DNA of 64,000 bases from Betaproteobacteria bacterium RIFCSPLOWO2_12_FULL_68_20 (lineage in GTDB: Bacteria > Pseudomonadota > Gammaproteobacteria > Burkholderiales > SG8-39): assembly GCA_001770655.1 (NCBI GenBank), contig MERQ01000025.1:5753-69752 (forward strand). Reading direction: 5' to 3'. The notes below the pieces were generated by a model that had not been told where the DNA came from, searched no databases, and was given only the letters and a program-made list of their open reading frames with translations. The position numbers and the translations under genes are program-made. Of this stretch, positions 1 through 9,081 are shown one piece after another; positions within the stretch are counted from its first letter, which is position 1, and every line of letters starts with the position of its first letter.

Positions 1-361
1 CCGGGGTGACGATGCGCGTCACCTCGCGCTCGACCGGGCCCTTGGCCGTGTCCGGGTCGCCGATCTGCTCGCAGATCGCGACCGACTCGCCGAGCTTGAC
101 CAGCTTCGCCAGGTACTGCTCGACCGAGTGGACCGGCACGCCGGCCATCTTCACCGGCGCGCCGGCCGACTGGCCGCGCGAGGTGAGCGCGATGTCGAGC
201 AGGCGCGAGCCGCGCTCGGCGTCGTCGTAGAACAGCTCGTAGAAGTCTCCCATCCGGTAGAACAGCAGGATGTCGGGGTGCTGCGACTTGATGCGCAGGT
301 ACTGCTGCATCACGGGGGTGTGACGAGAAATTTCGGGCGAATCCGACCCCTTGTCCCGCAT
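1..361 (-). CDS. mutS: DNA mismatch repair protein MutS, N-terminal part (gene continues past the left edge)
   Basis: Minus frame is open to the window edge. Translation [103 protein letters not shown]... is the conserved MutS mismatch-binding domain. Missing from the ORF track because there is no stop in the window. Confidence 0.9.
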   Translation of the reverse strand, partial: MRDKGSDSPEISRHTPVMQQYLRIKSQHPDILLFYRMGDFYELFYDDAERGSRLLDIALTSRGQSAGAPVKMAGVPVHSVEQYLAKLVKLGESVAICEQIGDPDTAKGPVEREVTRIVTP

Positions 362-420
362 GCCGTTTTGCGCTGTATCGTCGCCCACTCAGACGGTCCG
401 CACGTCATCCTGTCACAAAC

Positions 421-915
421 TTACTTCTCGCCCAATTCGGCGAGAATCGCCTGGAGCAGATCGTCGCCGAGGTGAAATCCCTCTTCCGCGAGCCGCGCGA
501 AAACCGGCCCCGCGGCTGGAATCAATCCGGCTCGCCGGGCCTCCACGATGATTCCCGCAGTACCGGTCATCGCGATTCCGAGCCGCTGTGCCTCGCGGCG
601 GGCCTGAAGATCGTCGAGCAGCACCAGGGTCCCCGGTCCTAGCGCAATGGCGGCGCGCAGGCTGCTCGCTTCGCCGGTGTCGAGCAGCGGCAAAGGCGGC
701 TCGCTCCACTCCTGCCGCAGCACGCGGATCCAGCCTTGCTTGATCGCTGCGGCAATCGCTGCCGCTCCGGGCAGCTCGCGCGCGCGGGTTGCCTCGCCCC
801 GGACTTCCTCGGTGATCGAGATCGACTTGTAGAGCTTGCGCAGCCACGGAAGGCCGCCGACGCGTGCCAGCGCGATAAGCGGGCTCGCGTCCGCCAGGAC
901 TACCTCGCGCGCCAC
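421..915 (-). CDS. PIN-like toxin (COG2405/DUF3368 type)
   Basis: 164-aa ORF with GTG start. ADASPLIALARVG...LDTGEASSL...LLDDLQARREAQRLGIAMTGTAGIIV pattern is typical of the PIN-like partner of UPF0175 antitoxins. Overlaps the upstream antitoxin gene by 16 nt. Confidence 0.7.
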   Translation of the reverse strand: MAREVVLADASPLIALARVGGLPWLRKLYKSISITEEVRGEATRARELPGAAAIAAAIKQGWIRVLRQEWSEPPLPLLDTGEASSLRAAIALGPGTLVLLDDLQARREAQRLGIAMTGTAGIIVEARRAGLIPAAGPVFARLAEEGFHLGDDLLQAILAELGEK

Positions 916-1241
916 GCCTTGATGTTCTTGAGGTCTTCCCGGAGCGTCCTGGCGTTACCCCGGATCACGGGGATGCCCGCCCGGCCCATCTCCACCATGA
1001 ATGCTTCGAGCGGCATGCCGGCGACCTTGGCGGCCCGCCCGATCGAGAGGCTTTCGCTCTTGTAAAGCGCCGTCGCGAGGGCGAGCCGCACCCCCGGCTC
1101 GCCGAGCAGGCCCTCGTCGTCGAGGTGAAAGAGCACTGCCTCGGGCTGGTCGCGGTTCATCACCACCACCGGCTGCTTGCGCGCCATGCGCAGCGCATCC
1201 GAGGGGTTGTTCTTGAGCTGGCGGACGTTGACGGTCTTCAT
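900..1241 (-). CDS. Antitoxin, UPF0175-like C-terminus with Phd/YefM-like N-terminus
   Basis: Internal ATG at 1241 preceded by AGAGGGAACAGC. MKTVNVRQLKNNPSDALRMARKQPVVVMNRDQPEAVLFHL (Phd-like) followed by ALYKSESLSIGRAAKVAGMPLEAFMVEMGRAGIPV (UPF0175-like). The longer 146-aa track ORF has an implausible leader. Confidence 0.65.
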   Translation of the reverse strand: MKTVNVRQLKNNPSDALRMARKQPVVVMNRDQPEAVLFHLDDEGLLGEPGVRLALATALYKSESLSIGRAAKVAGMPLEAFMVEMGRAGIPVIRGNARTLREDLKNIKAWRAR

Positions 1242-1442
1242 GCTGTTCCCTCTTAATGTAGGAACATATTGTAGCCACATTGCCCCGTACCGGCAATCGC
1301 CCACTCCGCCTTCTTCGGAGGCGCCCCAGCGGCCAGGCATCCCAACGGTTTCCGAGGCCGCTGCATCACCGGGGTGTGCTCTTGCAGCATTGCGCTCAGG
1401 GCGGCGATTGCAGTACGGTTCGCATCCGGGAGGAGATCAATT

Positions 1443-2492
1443 ATGAACAAAGCAGCGAATCAGCGCGCACTTCGTGCCGTTCTTGCCGCCTTGGCGTCCA
1501 TTGCGCTCGCCGGTTGCGTCACCAAGGGTGTGATCGTCGAGGGCGCCAAGTGGGAGGAGGTATCGAAGACCGGGCGCGTATTCGGCGAGGGTGTGGTCGC
1601 GGCAAAGGACGGAAAGGTCTACGCGAGCGACATCACACCCACTTTCGCGATCAAGCAGAACAACCCCGGGGGCACGATCTGGCGCTACGACCCGGCGACC
1701 GGCAGGACCGAGAAGTTCATGGAGCCGAGCGGCCAGTCCAACGGCCTGCACTTCGACAAGAACGGCGATCTCCTCATCGCGCAGATGGCGGACGGCGGGG
1801 GGCAGGCGATCGTCCGGCGCAACATGAGAACCGGCACGGTCAGCATGGTGACCGGCGCATTCCAGGGCAAGCGCTACAACGCGCCCAATGGCGTGACGAG
1901 CGACGCGCAGGGCCGCGTCTACTTCACCGACCCGCGCTTTTTCGGCAGCGAGCCCATGGAGCTGCCCAACAGCGTCTATCGGGTGGACCCGAACGGGAGC
2001 GTCACCGAGCTGAAGACCGGGCTCGAACGGCCGAACGGGATCGAAGTGTCGCCCGACGGCAGGCGGCTCTATGTGACCACGTCGAATGCGAAGCGCTATC
2101 CGCGCCATCCCGCGATGAAGCCGGACGCGTTCGGCATCGTCGGCGGTGGCGTGGTGGCGTTCGACCTGGACGAGAAGGGGAACATCTCGAACGGCAAGGT
2201 GCTTTTCCAGACCGGCAGCGAGAATCTCGTGGCGGACGGGATGGCGATCGATACCGACGGCAACATCTACGTCGCGATGCACAACGGCAATCCGAAGCAG
2301 CCGAATTCGGACATCGTGGTGCTGAGTCCTCCAGGGGAAGTGCTGGCGCGGATCCCGTTGCCGAACAACGCGCTTTCGACGAAAGTCGGGTTCGGGCGCG
2401 GCGCGGACGCGAATTCGCTCTACGCGAACTCGGCGCTGCCGTGGCGGCTATGGCGCCTGAAGACGGTGCGGCGCGGCTTCTACCTCGACTAG
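1443..2492 (+). CDS. SMP-30/gluconolactonase/LRE-like lipoprotein
   Basis: ATG at 1443 after GGGAGGAG. Lipobox LALAGC. Beta-propeller lactonase motifs (NGLHFDKNGDLLIA, NAPNGVTSDAQGRVYFTDP, RPNGIEVSPDGRRLYV). Confidence 0.75.
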   Translation: MNKAANQRALRAVLAALASIALAGCVTKGVIVEGAKWEEVSKTGRVFGEGVVAAKDGKVYASDITPTFAIKQNNPGGTIWRYDPATGRTEKFMEPSGQSNGLHFDKNGDLLIAQMADGGGQAIVRRNMRTGTVSMVTGAFQGKRYNAPNGVTSDAQGRVYFTDPRFFGSEPMELPNSVYRVDPNGSVTELKTGLERPNGIEVSPDGRRLYVTTSNAKRYPRHPAMKPDAFGIVGGGVVAFDLDEKGNISNGKVLFQTGSENLVADGMAIDTDGNIYVAMHNGNPKQPNSDIVVLSPPGEVLARIPLPNNALSTKVGFGRGADANSLYANSALPWRLWRLKTVRRGFYLD

Positions 2493-2498
2493 CGCGCG

Positions 2499-3638
2499 CT
2501 ACTCGGCCGAGCCCCAGACCTCGGCCGCGGTCTCGACCACCAGCGCGAGCTTGCGCCGCTCGACCTCCTCGGTGACCGGGTTGCCGCGGAAGGTGCTGGC
2601 GAATCCGCACTGAGGGGATAGGCACAGGTTCTCGAGCGGCACGTACTTCGCCGCCTCCTCGATGCGCCGCTTGAGGACCTCCTTCGACTCGATCTCCGGC
2701 TTCTTCGTGGAAACGAGCCCGAGCACGATCTTCTTGCGCGAGCCCTTCGGATAGAAGCGCAGCGGCTCGAAGCCGCCCGAGCGCGCGTCGTCGTACTCGA
2801 GGAAATAGGCGTCCACCTCGAGCCGATTGAGCAGCACCTCGGCGACCGGCTCGTAGGCGCCCTGCGCGGCCCACTGGCCGCCGGAATTCCCGCGGCACAG
2901 GTGGATTCCGGCCACCATGTCCGCCGGCCTCCCGGCGATTACCGAGTTGATCAGCCTGGCGAAGCGTTCCGGCACTTCCTCCGGGTCGTAGCCCCACTCG
3001 CGGAATACGCCGCGCAGCTTGTCGTCGCACAGGTAGGCGTAGTTGGTGTCGTCGAGCTGGACGTAGCCGCAGCCGGCCGCGCCCAGCTCGTTCAATTCCT
3101 CGCGATAGACCTTGGCGATGTCGGCGTAGAACTCCTGCAGATCCGGATACGCCTTCGCGCTCACCGCCGCGCGCCCTCCGCGCAGGAGCATCGTGGGCGA
3201 GGGGATGGTCTGCTTCGGCGTTCGCGTCGTGTTCGCCTTCACGAACTTGAAGTTTTCGACCTCGATCGGCCGCGCGCGCCGCAGTTTGCCGGTGACCTGG
3301 TAGGCGCGCGGCGCGAACGGCTTGCCGCTGAGCGGTTTTCCCTGGATTCCTTCGCCCGAGGTTCCATTGATCGCGAGGTGCCCGGGAGTTCCGGCGCCCT
3401 CCAGCTTCTCGATGAAGTCGCTCGCGAACGATTGCCTGCGGTACTCGCCGTCGGTGATCGCGTGCAGGCCGAGCGATTCCTGGAAGTGGATCGCTTGGCG
3501 GATGCAACGGTCCTGCAGCTCGCGCAGCCCGTCGAGTGCATGGTGCTCGGCGATCGCCTTCTCGTTGGCGTCGAGGAGCTCCTTGGGTCTCAGCAGACTG
3601 CCGACCTGGTCGGCGCGAAAGGGGGGCGTGGCGCTCAT
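2499..3638 (-). CDS. MetE-like protein (cobalamin-independent methionine synthase catalytic domain only)
   Basis: 379 aa. N-terminus FRADQVGSLLRP, C-terminal LCLSPQCGF Zn-ligand motif. ATGA overlap with the upstream RraA-like gene. Confidence 0.75.
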   Translation of the reverse strand: MSATPPFRADQVGSLLRPKELLDANEKAIAEHHALDGLRELQDRCIRQAIHFQESLGLHAITDGEYRRQSFASDFIEKLEGAGTPGHLAINGTSGEGIQGKPLSGKPFAPRAYQVTGKLRRARPIEVENFKFVKANTTRTPKQTIPSPTMLLRGGRAAVSAKAYPDLQEFYADIAKVYREELNELGAAGCGYVQLDDTNYAYLCDDKLRGVFREWGYDPEEVPERFARLINSVIAGRPADMVAGIHLCRGNSGGQWAAQGAYEPVAEVLLNRLEVDAYFLEYDDARSGGFEPLRFYPKGSRKKIVLGLVSTKKPEIESKEVLKRRIEEAAKYVPLENLCLSPQCGFASTFRGNPVTEEVERRKLALVVETAAEVWGSAE

Positions 3639-4303
3639 TTTTTCAGCATGTGCTCGTAGGCCGCGCCGAGCACCTCGGGCAGCGGTTTTCCACTCCGGAT
3701 CGCCTTCGTCATCGCGCGCTCGCGCGCGGCGATCTGCTCGGCCGCTTCGATCACTCGCGACGCATCGGCCGCCGGGATGAACACCACCGCGCTCGCGTCG
3801 GCGATCACGTAGTCGCCCGGCCGAACGTTGACCTCGCCGATGACGACCGGAACATCGCTCGCCTCCTCGACAATTCTCCCGCGCGCGGTGCGCGCGGTCG
3901 CCGAGCGGCCGAACACCGGAAAGCGCAGCGCGCGCGCCTCGTCCACGTCGCGCACCGGGCCGTCGGCGATCACGCCGGCGACCCCCTTGCGCTTCGCCGC
4001 CGCAGAAAGGATTCCGCCCCAGGAGGCGGCATCGATTCCCGAGCGTTGCTCGACCACGATCACCTCGCCGCGCGCGCAGGCCTCGATCGCCCGCACGCCC
4101 GCGTGCACCGGCGGGCCGGCGCGCCGCGTGGCCTTCTCCTTCGCCACCATCTGCTCGGTGTGCACGCGCCCGGCGATTCTGCGCGTCGAAGTGAGCGCAG
4201 CGAGGCCGGTGACGGTCCCCTTCAGCCCGAGCTTGTCCATCGCGTCCGAGACTGCGCAGCTGTCGAGCTTGGCCAGCCGCGCGAGCAGCCTGCCGGCCTT
4301 CAT
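3635..4303 (-). CDS. RraA-family protein, LigK/GalC-like 4-carboxy-4-hydroxy-2-oxoadipate aldolase candidate
   Basis: Last 222 codons of track ORF 3635..5626 (MKAGRLLARLAKLDSCAVSDAMDKLG...GGILSAAAKRKGVAGVIADGPVRDVDE...). ATG at 4303 overlaps the stop of the upstream gene (ATGA). Confidence 0.7.
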   Translation of the reverse strand: MKAGRLLARLAKLDSCAVSDAMDKLGLKGTVTGLAALTSTRRIAGRVHTEQMVAKEKATRRAGPPVHAGVRAIEACARGEVIVVEQRSGIDAASWGGILSAAAKRKGVAGVIADGPVRDVDEARALRFPVFGRSATARTARGRIVEEASDVPVVIGEVNVRPGDYVIADASAVVFIPAADASRVIEAAEQIAARERAMTKAIRSGKPLPEVLGAAYEHMLKK

Positions 4304-5298
4304 CGCTTGATCGGGAACGCGCGGTGGTACAGCGCGCGCGCGTTGTCCTCGAAGATCCTCTTGCGGTCGGTCGCGCTCAGCCAGCCGATCGCCTCGATCA
4401 CCGGCTTCAGATCGTCGTAGTCGCGGCCCCAGTCCGGGTTGGGCGCCGATCCCGTGCCCGGGCGCTCGGTGCCGAACAGGCAGCGCTCCGGGCCGATCAC
4501 CTTGAACAGGAACTCGAGCCCTTCCTCGGAGTAGTTGCAGGTGTCGTACCAGAGCTTCTTCATCAGGGCGTCGAAGGTCCCCGGGCGCTTGCGCCGCGCG
4601 TGCCAGGCGCGGAAGCGCCCCATGTGATACGGGATCGCGCCGCCGCCGTGCGACACCATGATCTTCAGCTTGGGGAACTCGTCGAACACCTTCGATTCGA
4701 GCAGCGCGATCACCGCGATGCTTTCCTCGTTGATGAATTTCAGCGTGTAGGACTCGCGCGGCTGGCATGAGCTCGCCGAGTGGATGAGCGCAGGCACGTC
4801 GAGCTCGCATAATTTCTCGTACAACGGATACCAGAACGGGTCGCCCAGTCCTGGCGGGGGAGTGCCGTCGCCCTCGGTCGGATCGGGGTTGAGCAGGCAT
4901 CCCACGAAGCCGAGCTCCTTCACGGTGCGCTCGAGTTCGTCGAGGCAGCTCTTCGGGCTCGAATCGCGATGCTGCGGCAGCCCGGCCACGCCGCGCAGCC
5001 GCTCGGGAAAGAGCTGGCACTGGCGGTGGATGAGATCGTTCACGTAGCGCGTCCAGGTCTGCGTGACCTTGGACGGATTGAGCGAGTGCAATTGCGCGTA
5101 GGGCCGCGGCGAGATGAACTGCACGTCGGTCCCCACCTTGTCCATGTTCTGGATGTGGCGCTCGGTGACCGGTCGCAGGATCTCGTCCGATGGCAGCTTC
5201 GGGTCCTCGATCGGGTTGGCGCGGCTCGCCACCAGCCCGGCCATGAAGCGCCAGGCCGCCTCGGGCATCACCACGTGCGAATGCGCGTCGACGATCAT
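4300..5298 (-). CDS. Amidohydrolase-2 family enzyme, 4-oxalomesaconate hydratase (LigJ)-like
   Basis: 332 aa. MIVDAHSHV metal motif, GFVGCLLNPDP, FWYPLYEKLCELDVPALIHSASSC, KIMVSHGGGAIPYHMGRFRA match my recollection of LigJ. An ACMSD-type decarboxylase is the alternative. Confidence 0.65.
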   Translation of the reverse strand: MIVDAHSHVVMPEAAWRFMAGLVASRANPIEDPKLPSDEILRPVTERHIQNMDKVGTDVQFISPRPYAQLHSLNPSKVTQTWTRYVNDLIHRQCQLFPERLRGVAGLPQHRDSSPKSCLDELERTVKELGFVGCLLNPDPTEGDGTPPPGLGDPFWYPLYEKLCELDVPALIHSASSCQPRESYTLKFINEESIAVIALLESKVFDEFPKLKIMVSHGGGAIPYHMGRFRAWHARRKRPGTFDALMKKLWYDTCNYSEEGLEFLFKVIGPERCLFGTERPGTGSAPNPDWGRDYDDLKPVIEAIGWLSATDRKRIFEDNARALYHRAFPIKR

Positions 5299-5685
5299 TC
5301 AGGCGTCCTTCGCGACCGCGAGCGCCTCGAGCTGCATCAGCAGGCCCCCGCGTAGCGGCGAGACGAGGGTGTGGCGCGCCGGCCGCTGGTGCGGATCGGG
5401 ATAGCACGCGTTCCAGTGCTTGTTGATCGCCTCGCGGTGCGCCTCGTCGGTGACGAATACGGTGAGCTTCACCACGTCGCCGAGGTCCATGCCGCCAGCG
5501 GCGAGAATGCGCTTGAGGTTGTCGAAGCAGTGGAACGCCTGGCGCTCGGGCTCGGGCGGCAGCTTTCCCGTCGCCGGGTCCCTCCCTCCCACGCCCGATG
5601 TCGCCAGTATCGGGCCGACCCGGCACGCCGCGGGGATCGGCGCGTTGTGACTGAGCCCTTCCACCTCGATGCTCTTCTGGCGCAT
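5299..5685 (-). CDS. RidA/YjgF/L-PSP family protein
   Basis: ATG at 5685 (GGAG 9 nt upstream), 2 nt after the upstream stop. NAPIPAACRVGPILATSGVGG...VVKLTVFVTD pattern of the RidA family. Confidence 0.75.
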   Translation of the reverse strand: MRQKSIEVEGLSHNAPIPAACRVGPILATSGVGGRDPATGKLPPEPERQAFHCFDNLKRILAAGGMDLGDVVKLTVFVTDEAHREAINKHWNACYPDPHQRPARHTLVSPLRGGLLMQLEALAVAKDA

Positions 5686-5687
5686 GG

Positions 5688-6686
5688 CTAGCTCCATCTC
5701 GCGAAGCACAGTCCCGTCCCGGTCAGCGCCGCGGTGCGGTAGGCCGGGGTGTAGGAAACCCAGCTGAGATCGAGGTCGGTGGCCGCTGCCCCGACCACGA
5801 TCCAGTTGCGGATTTCCGAGCTGCCGGCCCTGAGCCGTTTCGGATCGAGGCTCGCCAGGTGGCCGGTGTCCTTCCTGCGCAGCGCCTCGATGACTCCCCG
5901 ATCCAGCTCCTCGTCGACGATGAAATGGCTGAGGCCGCCGGAAGCGAGGACGCCGACGCGAATCTTCTCGGGATAGCTCGCGATCAGCTTATTCAGCGCC
6001 TCGCCGAGCCGCACGCAGCGCTTCGGCAGCGGCGGATTCGGGTCGTAATAGGTATTGAGGAAGATCGGAACGATCGGCAGCCCCGCGTCCTTGAGGTACC
6101 AGCGGTGCACGAAGGAGTACGCGTGTCCCTCGCACTGCTCCTTGTCGAGCCCCGAGAGCGCGGAAACGTCGAACTCCCGGCTCACCAGCCCTTCGATGAG
6201 GTGCAATCCGAGCTTCGAATGGCAGGGGTAATGCGCGTCGCCGCCGTCCTCGTAGCGGCGCATCTGCGCTTGCCGGTACCACTGTTCAGGAGCGCGGAAA
6301 GGCGGCGCGCTCGCGCGCCCGGCGTTGCGGATGGTCTCGCCGTAGTAGACGCCGATCGCCGGCATGTTCTGGTCGCGGAACACCTCGTGCTGGTCGTCGC
6401 CGACGACCACCAGCGCGTCGAGCTTCGCCGAGGCGATCTCGGCCTTCATGCGCGCCATCGCTTCCTGGACCGCGTTGAACCGCGCCGTGATGCTTTCAGC
6501 GGTGATCAGTTCGCCTGCGTTTGCTGGTGCGCGCGCAAGAAGGCTCTCGAATCTGCACGGCCTGCCCTCGCGGTCGTAGTAGGGCATGCGCGGGTCGCTG
6601 TCGCGAAAGCGCGTCAGCCAGTCCTCGAGCTGCGACGCCAGCATCACGCTGTGCGAAGTGCCGAACGCGGCGGCGAGGAGGGCCAT
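5688..6686 (-). CDS. Class III (LigB-family) extradiol ring-cleavage dioxygenase
   Basis: 332 aa. GTSHSVML N-terminus, VVVGDDQHEVF, GVLASGGLSHFIVDEELD are LigB/DesZ/MhpB-type signatures. Confidence 0.75.
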   Translation of the reverse strand: MALLAAAFGTSHSVMLASQLEDWLTRFRDSDPRMPYYDREGRPCRFESLLARAPANAGELITAESITARFNAVQEAMARMKAEIASAKLDALVVVGDDQHEVFRDQNMPAIGVYYGETIRNAGRASAPPFRAPEQWYRQAQMRRYEDGGDAHYPCHSKLGLHLIEGLVSREFDVSALSGLDKEQCEGHAYSFVHRWYLKDAGLPIVPIFLNTYYDPNPPLPKRCVRLGEALNKLIASYPEKIRVGVLASGGLSHFIVDEELDRGVIEALRRKDTGHLASLDPKRLRAGSSEIRNWIVVGAAATDLDLSWVSYTPAYRTAALTGTGLCFARWS

Positions 6687-6736
6687 GGCGCTGTGGCCGA
6701 GTATCCGGCGGAATCAGCCGGTTGCCAACGCGCGGT

Positions 6737-7513
6737 TCACTTCAGCGCTTCCAGGAGCTGCGCGAATACCTTGGGGCTCGCCGCCGCGATGTCGCCGCTC
6801 TCCAGGTAGTTCTGCTCGCCCGCGAGATCGCCGACCAGCCCTCCGGCTTCCTGGATGAGCAGTGCTCCGGCCGCCATGTCCCAGGCCGAGAGGCCCATCT
6901 CCCAGAACGCGTCCAGCCGGCCGGCGGCGACGTAGGCGAGGTCGAGCGCCGCCGCGCCCGCCCTGCGGACTCCCGCTGTGGAGTGCATCATCGTGCGCAG
7001 CTGGCGCAGGTACAGCTCGACGCGGGAAAGCTCCTTGTACGGGAACCCGGTCCCGACCAGCGCTTGCTTCAGCTTCTCGCACTTCGAGACGCGCATGCGC
7101 CGGTCGTTGACGAACGCGCCGCGCCCCTTGGAGGCGGTAAACAGCTCGTTTCTCACCGGGTCGTAGACCACCCCGTGCGCGGTCGCGCCGCGGTGCTGCA
7201 CCGCCACCGACACGCAGTACTGAGGGAACGCGTGGATGAAGTTCGTCGTGCCGTCGAGCGGGTCGATCACCCAGCAATACTCGGCGCGCGCGCCGGCGGT
7301 GCTGCCGGATTCCTCGGCGAGGATGGCGTGGTCGGGATAGGCCCTGCGCACGGTCTCGATGATCGCCTCCTCGGCGGCGCGATCGATCTGCGTGACGAAG
7401 TCGTTCACGTTCTTCACCCGGATCGCAAGCGCGCTGCCGTCGAGCGCGGCGCGGTTGATGATCGAGCCGGCGCGCCGGGCGGCGCGTACCGCGATGTTGA
7501 GCATCGGGTGCAT
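6737..7513 (-). CDS. suhB: Inositol monophosphatase family protein SuhB
   Basis: [17 protein letters not shown]-terminus, [19 protein letters not shown] motifs. Divergent from trmJ as in other proteobacteria. Confidence 0.9.
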   Translation of the reverse strand: MHPMLNIAVRAARRAGSIINRAALDGSALAIRVKNVNDFVTQIDRAAEEAIIETVRRAYPDHAILAEESGSTAGARAEYCWVIDPLDGTTNFIHAFPQYCVSVAVQHRGATAHGVVYDPVRNELFTASKGRGAFVNDRRMRVSKCEKLKQALVGTGFPYKELSRVELYLRQLRTMMHSTAGVRRAGAAALDLAYVAAGRLDAFWEMGLSAWDMAAGALLIQEAGGLVGDLAGEQNYLESGDIAAASPKVFAQLLEALK

Positions 7514-7533
7514 GGCTGTATTCTAGTTGGCCT

Positions 7534-8244
7534 ATGGAGCGGATCCGCTTTGTGCTGTGCCGTCCCAGCCATCCAGGGAACATCGGCGCCGCGGCGCGCG
7601 CCATGAAGGCGATGGGCCTCGCCGACCTGCGGCTGGTCGCGCCCGAGAGGTATCCGGCGCACGAGGCCTACTGGATGGCGACCGGCGCGGCGGACGTCCT
7701 CGACCGGGCGCGCGTGCATGCGGCGCTGCGCGAGGCGATCGCCGACTGCGCGGCGGCGTTCGCGCTCTCGGCGCGGCCCCGGGAGTGGTCGCCGCAGGTC
7801 CTGGACGCACGCGCGGCAGCGGTGCGCGCGCTCGCGCTCGATGCGCCGGTCGCGTTCGTCTTCGGCGCCGAGGCCGCGGGCCTCACCAACGAGGAGCTGT
7901 TCGCATGCCAGTACCTGGTCCATATTCCGGCGAGCCCGGAGTTCAGCTCGCTCAATCTCGCTCAGGCGGTGCAGGTCGTGGCGTACGAGCTGCTCGTCGC
8001 CTCGGGCGCGGGGGTGCCGCCGGCGCGCGCCGGAAAGCTCGCGACCATCGCGGACATCGAAGGGCTGTATGCCCATCTCGAGCAGGCGGCGCTGGCGAGC
8101 GGCTTCCTGGCGCCCGAATCGGGATCGCGTCTGCGCGAGCGCTGGCGTCGCCTGTTCTCCCGCGTACCAGCCCTGGAGCGCGAGGAGGTCAACATCCTGC
8201 GCGGGCTGCTCAAGGCATTGCTCGCGAAACAGTCAGGCGAATAG
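7534..8244 (+). CDS. trmJ: tRNA (cytidine/uridine-2'-O)-methyltransferase TrmJ
   Basis: 236 aa. IRFVLCRPSHPGNIGAAARAMKAMG and SSLNLAQAVQVVAYEL SpoU-type motifs. Sits upstream of the isc locus. Confidence 0.85.
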   Translation: MERIRFVLCRPSHPGNIGAAARAMKAMGLADLRLVAPERYPAHEAYWMATGAADVLDRARVHAALREAIADCAAAFALSARPREWSPQVLDARAAAVRALALDAPVAFVFGAEAAGLTNEELFACQYLVHIPASPEFSSLNLAQAVQVVAYELLVASGAGVPPARAGKLATIADIEGLYAHLEQAALASGFLAPESGSRLRERWRRLFSRVPALEREEVNILRGLLKALLAKQSGE

Positions 8245-8280
8245 TTGATCAAATCACTCGGAATCCATAGAATGCCTTTC

Positions 8281-8991
8281 ATGTTCAAGCATCTGCGTGA
8301 AGACATCGCAAGCGTATTCGAGCGCGATCCGGCGGCGCGCAACGCGTGGGAGGTGCTCACCTGCTATCCCGGGCTGCACGCGCTGACCCTGCACAAGCTC
8401 GCCCATTGGTTCTGGATGCGCGGCCTGAGGTGGCTTGGGCGCGCGACCTCGCATTTCGGCCGCTGGATCACCGGGATCGAAATCCATCCCGGCGCGACCA
8501 TCGGCCGGCGGGTGTTCATCGACCACGGCATGGGCGTGGTGATCGGCGAGACCGCGGAGATCGGCGACGACACGACGCTCTATCAGGGGGTCACGCTCGG
8601 TGGGACCTCCTGGAACAAGGGCAAGCGCCATCCGACCCTCGGAAAAGGGGTGGTCGTCGGCGCAGGCGCCAAGATCCTCGGACCGATCACGGTCGGCGAC
8701 GGCGCCAAGGTGGGCTCGAATGCCGTGGTGGTGAAGGACGTGCCCGCTGGCGCGACCGTCGTCGGAATCCCGGGACGAATCGTCGAACAGGCGTCGGCAC
8801 CGCGGGCCGAGCGGTTCGCAGCCTACGCCGCGGTGCAAAACCAGGACGACCCCTACGCCAAGGCGATCCAGAAACTGGTCGAGCATTCGCAGGAGCTGGA
8901 GCATGCCCTCGCCGCGCTACAGCAAAAACTCGCCCGGCTGGAGCAGGCCGCCGAGGCTGCCAAGCGAGACTCGCTTCGGGCGGTTAAGTGA
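8281..8991 (+). CDS. cysE: Serine O-acetyltransferase
   Basis: ATG at 8281 gives [21 protein letters not shown], the typical CysE N-terminus. Hexapeptide repeats [30 protein letters not shown]. Confidence 0.9.
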   Translation: MFKHLREDIASVFERDPAARNAWEVLTCYPGLHALTLHKLAHWFWMRGLRWLGRATSHFGRWITGIEIHPGATIGRRVFIDHGMGVVIGETAEIGDDTTLYQGVTLGGTSWNKGKRHPTLGKGVVVGAGAKILGPITVGDGAKVGSNAVVVKDVPAGATVVGIPGRIVEQASAPRAERFAAYAAVQNQDDPYAKAIQKLVEHSQELEHALAALQQKLARLEQAAEAAKRDSLRAVK

Positions 8992-9009
8992 TTGAAATTT
9001 AAATGCACT

Positions 9010-9064
9010 ATAGGTTGACTAATTTGCTCGGGATTAGGTATACTTGAGCACGTTTATCGGGTAT
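9010..9064 (+). promoter_or_regulatory. isc promoter with two tandem IscR type-1-like boxes
   Basis: ATAGGTTGACTAATTTGCTCGGGAT (9010-9034) and ATACTTGAGCACGTTTATCGGGTAT (9040-9064) share the TTGA..N..TTT..TCGGG.AT pattern. They resemble the E. coli iscR operator as I recall it. They overlap TTGACT(9015)-N18-TATACT(9039). Confidence 0.6.
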
Positions 9065-9081
9065 TCGGAAGCGAGGAAGCC

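Noticed and set aside
3635-5626. 663-aa track ORF
   Set aside because: Only the C-terminal 222 codons (RraA-like, from the ATG at 4303) are credible. The upstream part overlaps the LigJ-like and RidA genes in another frame.
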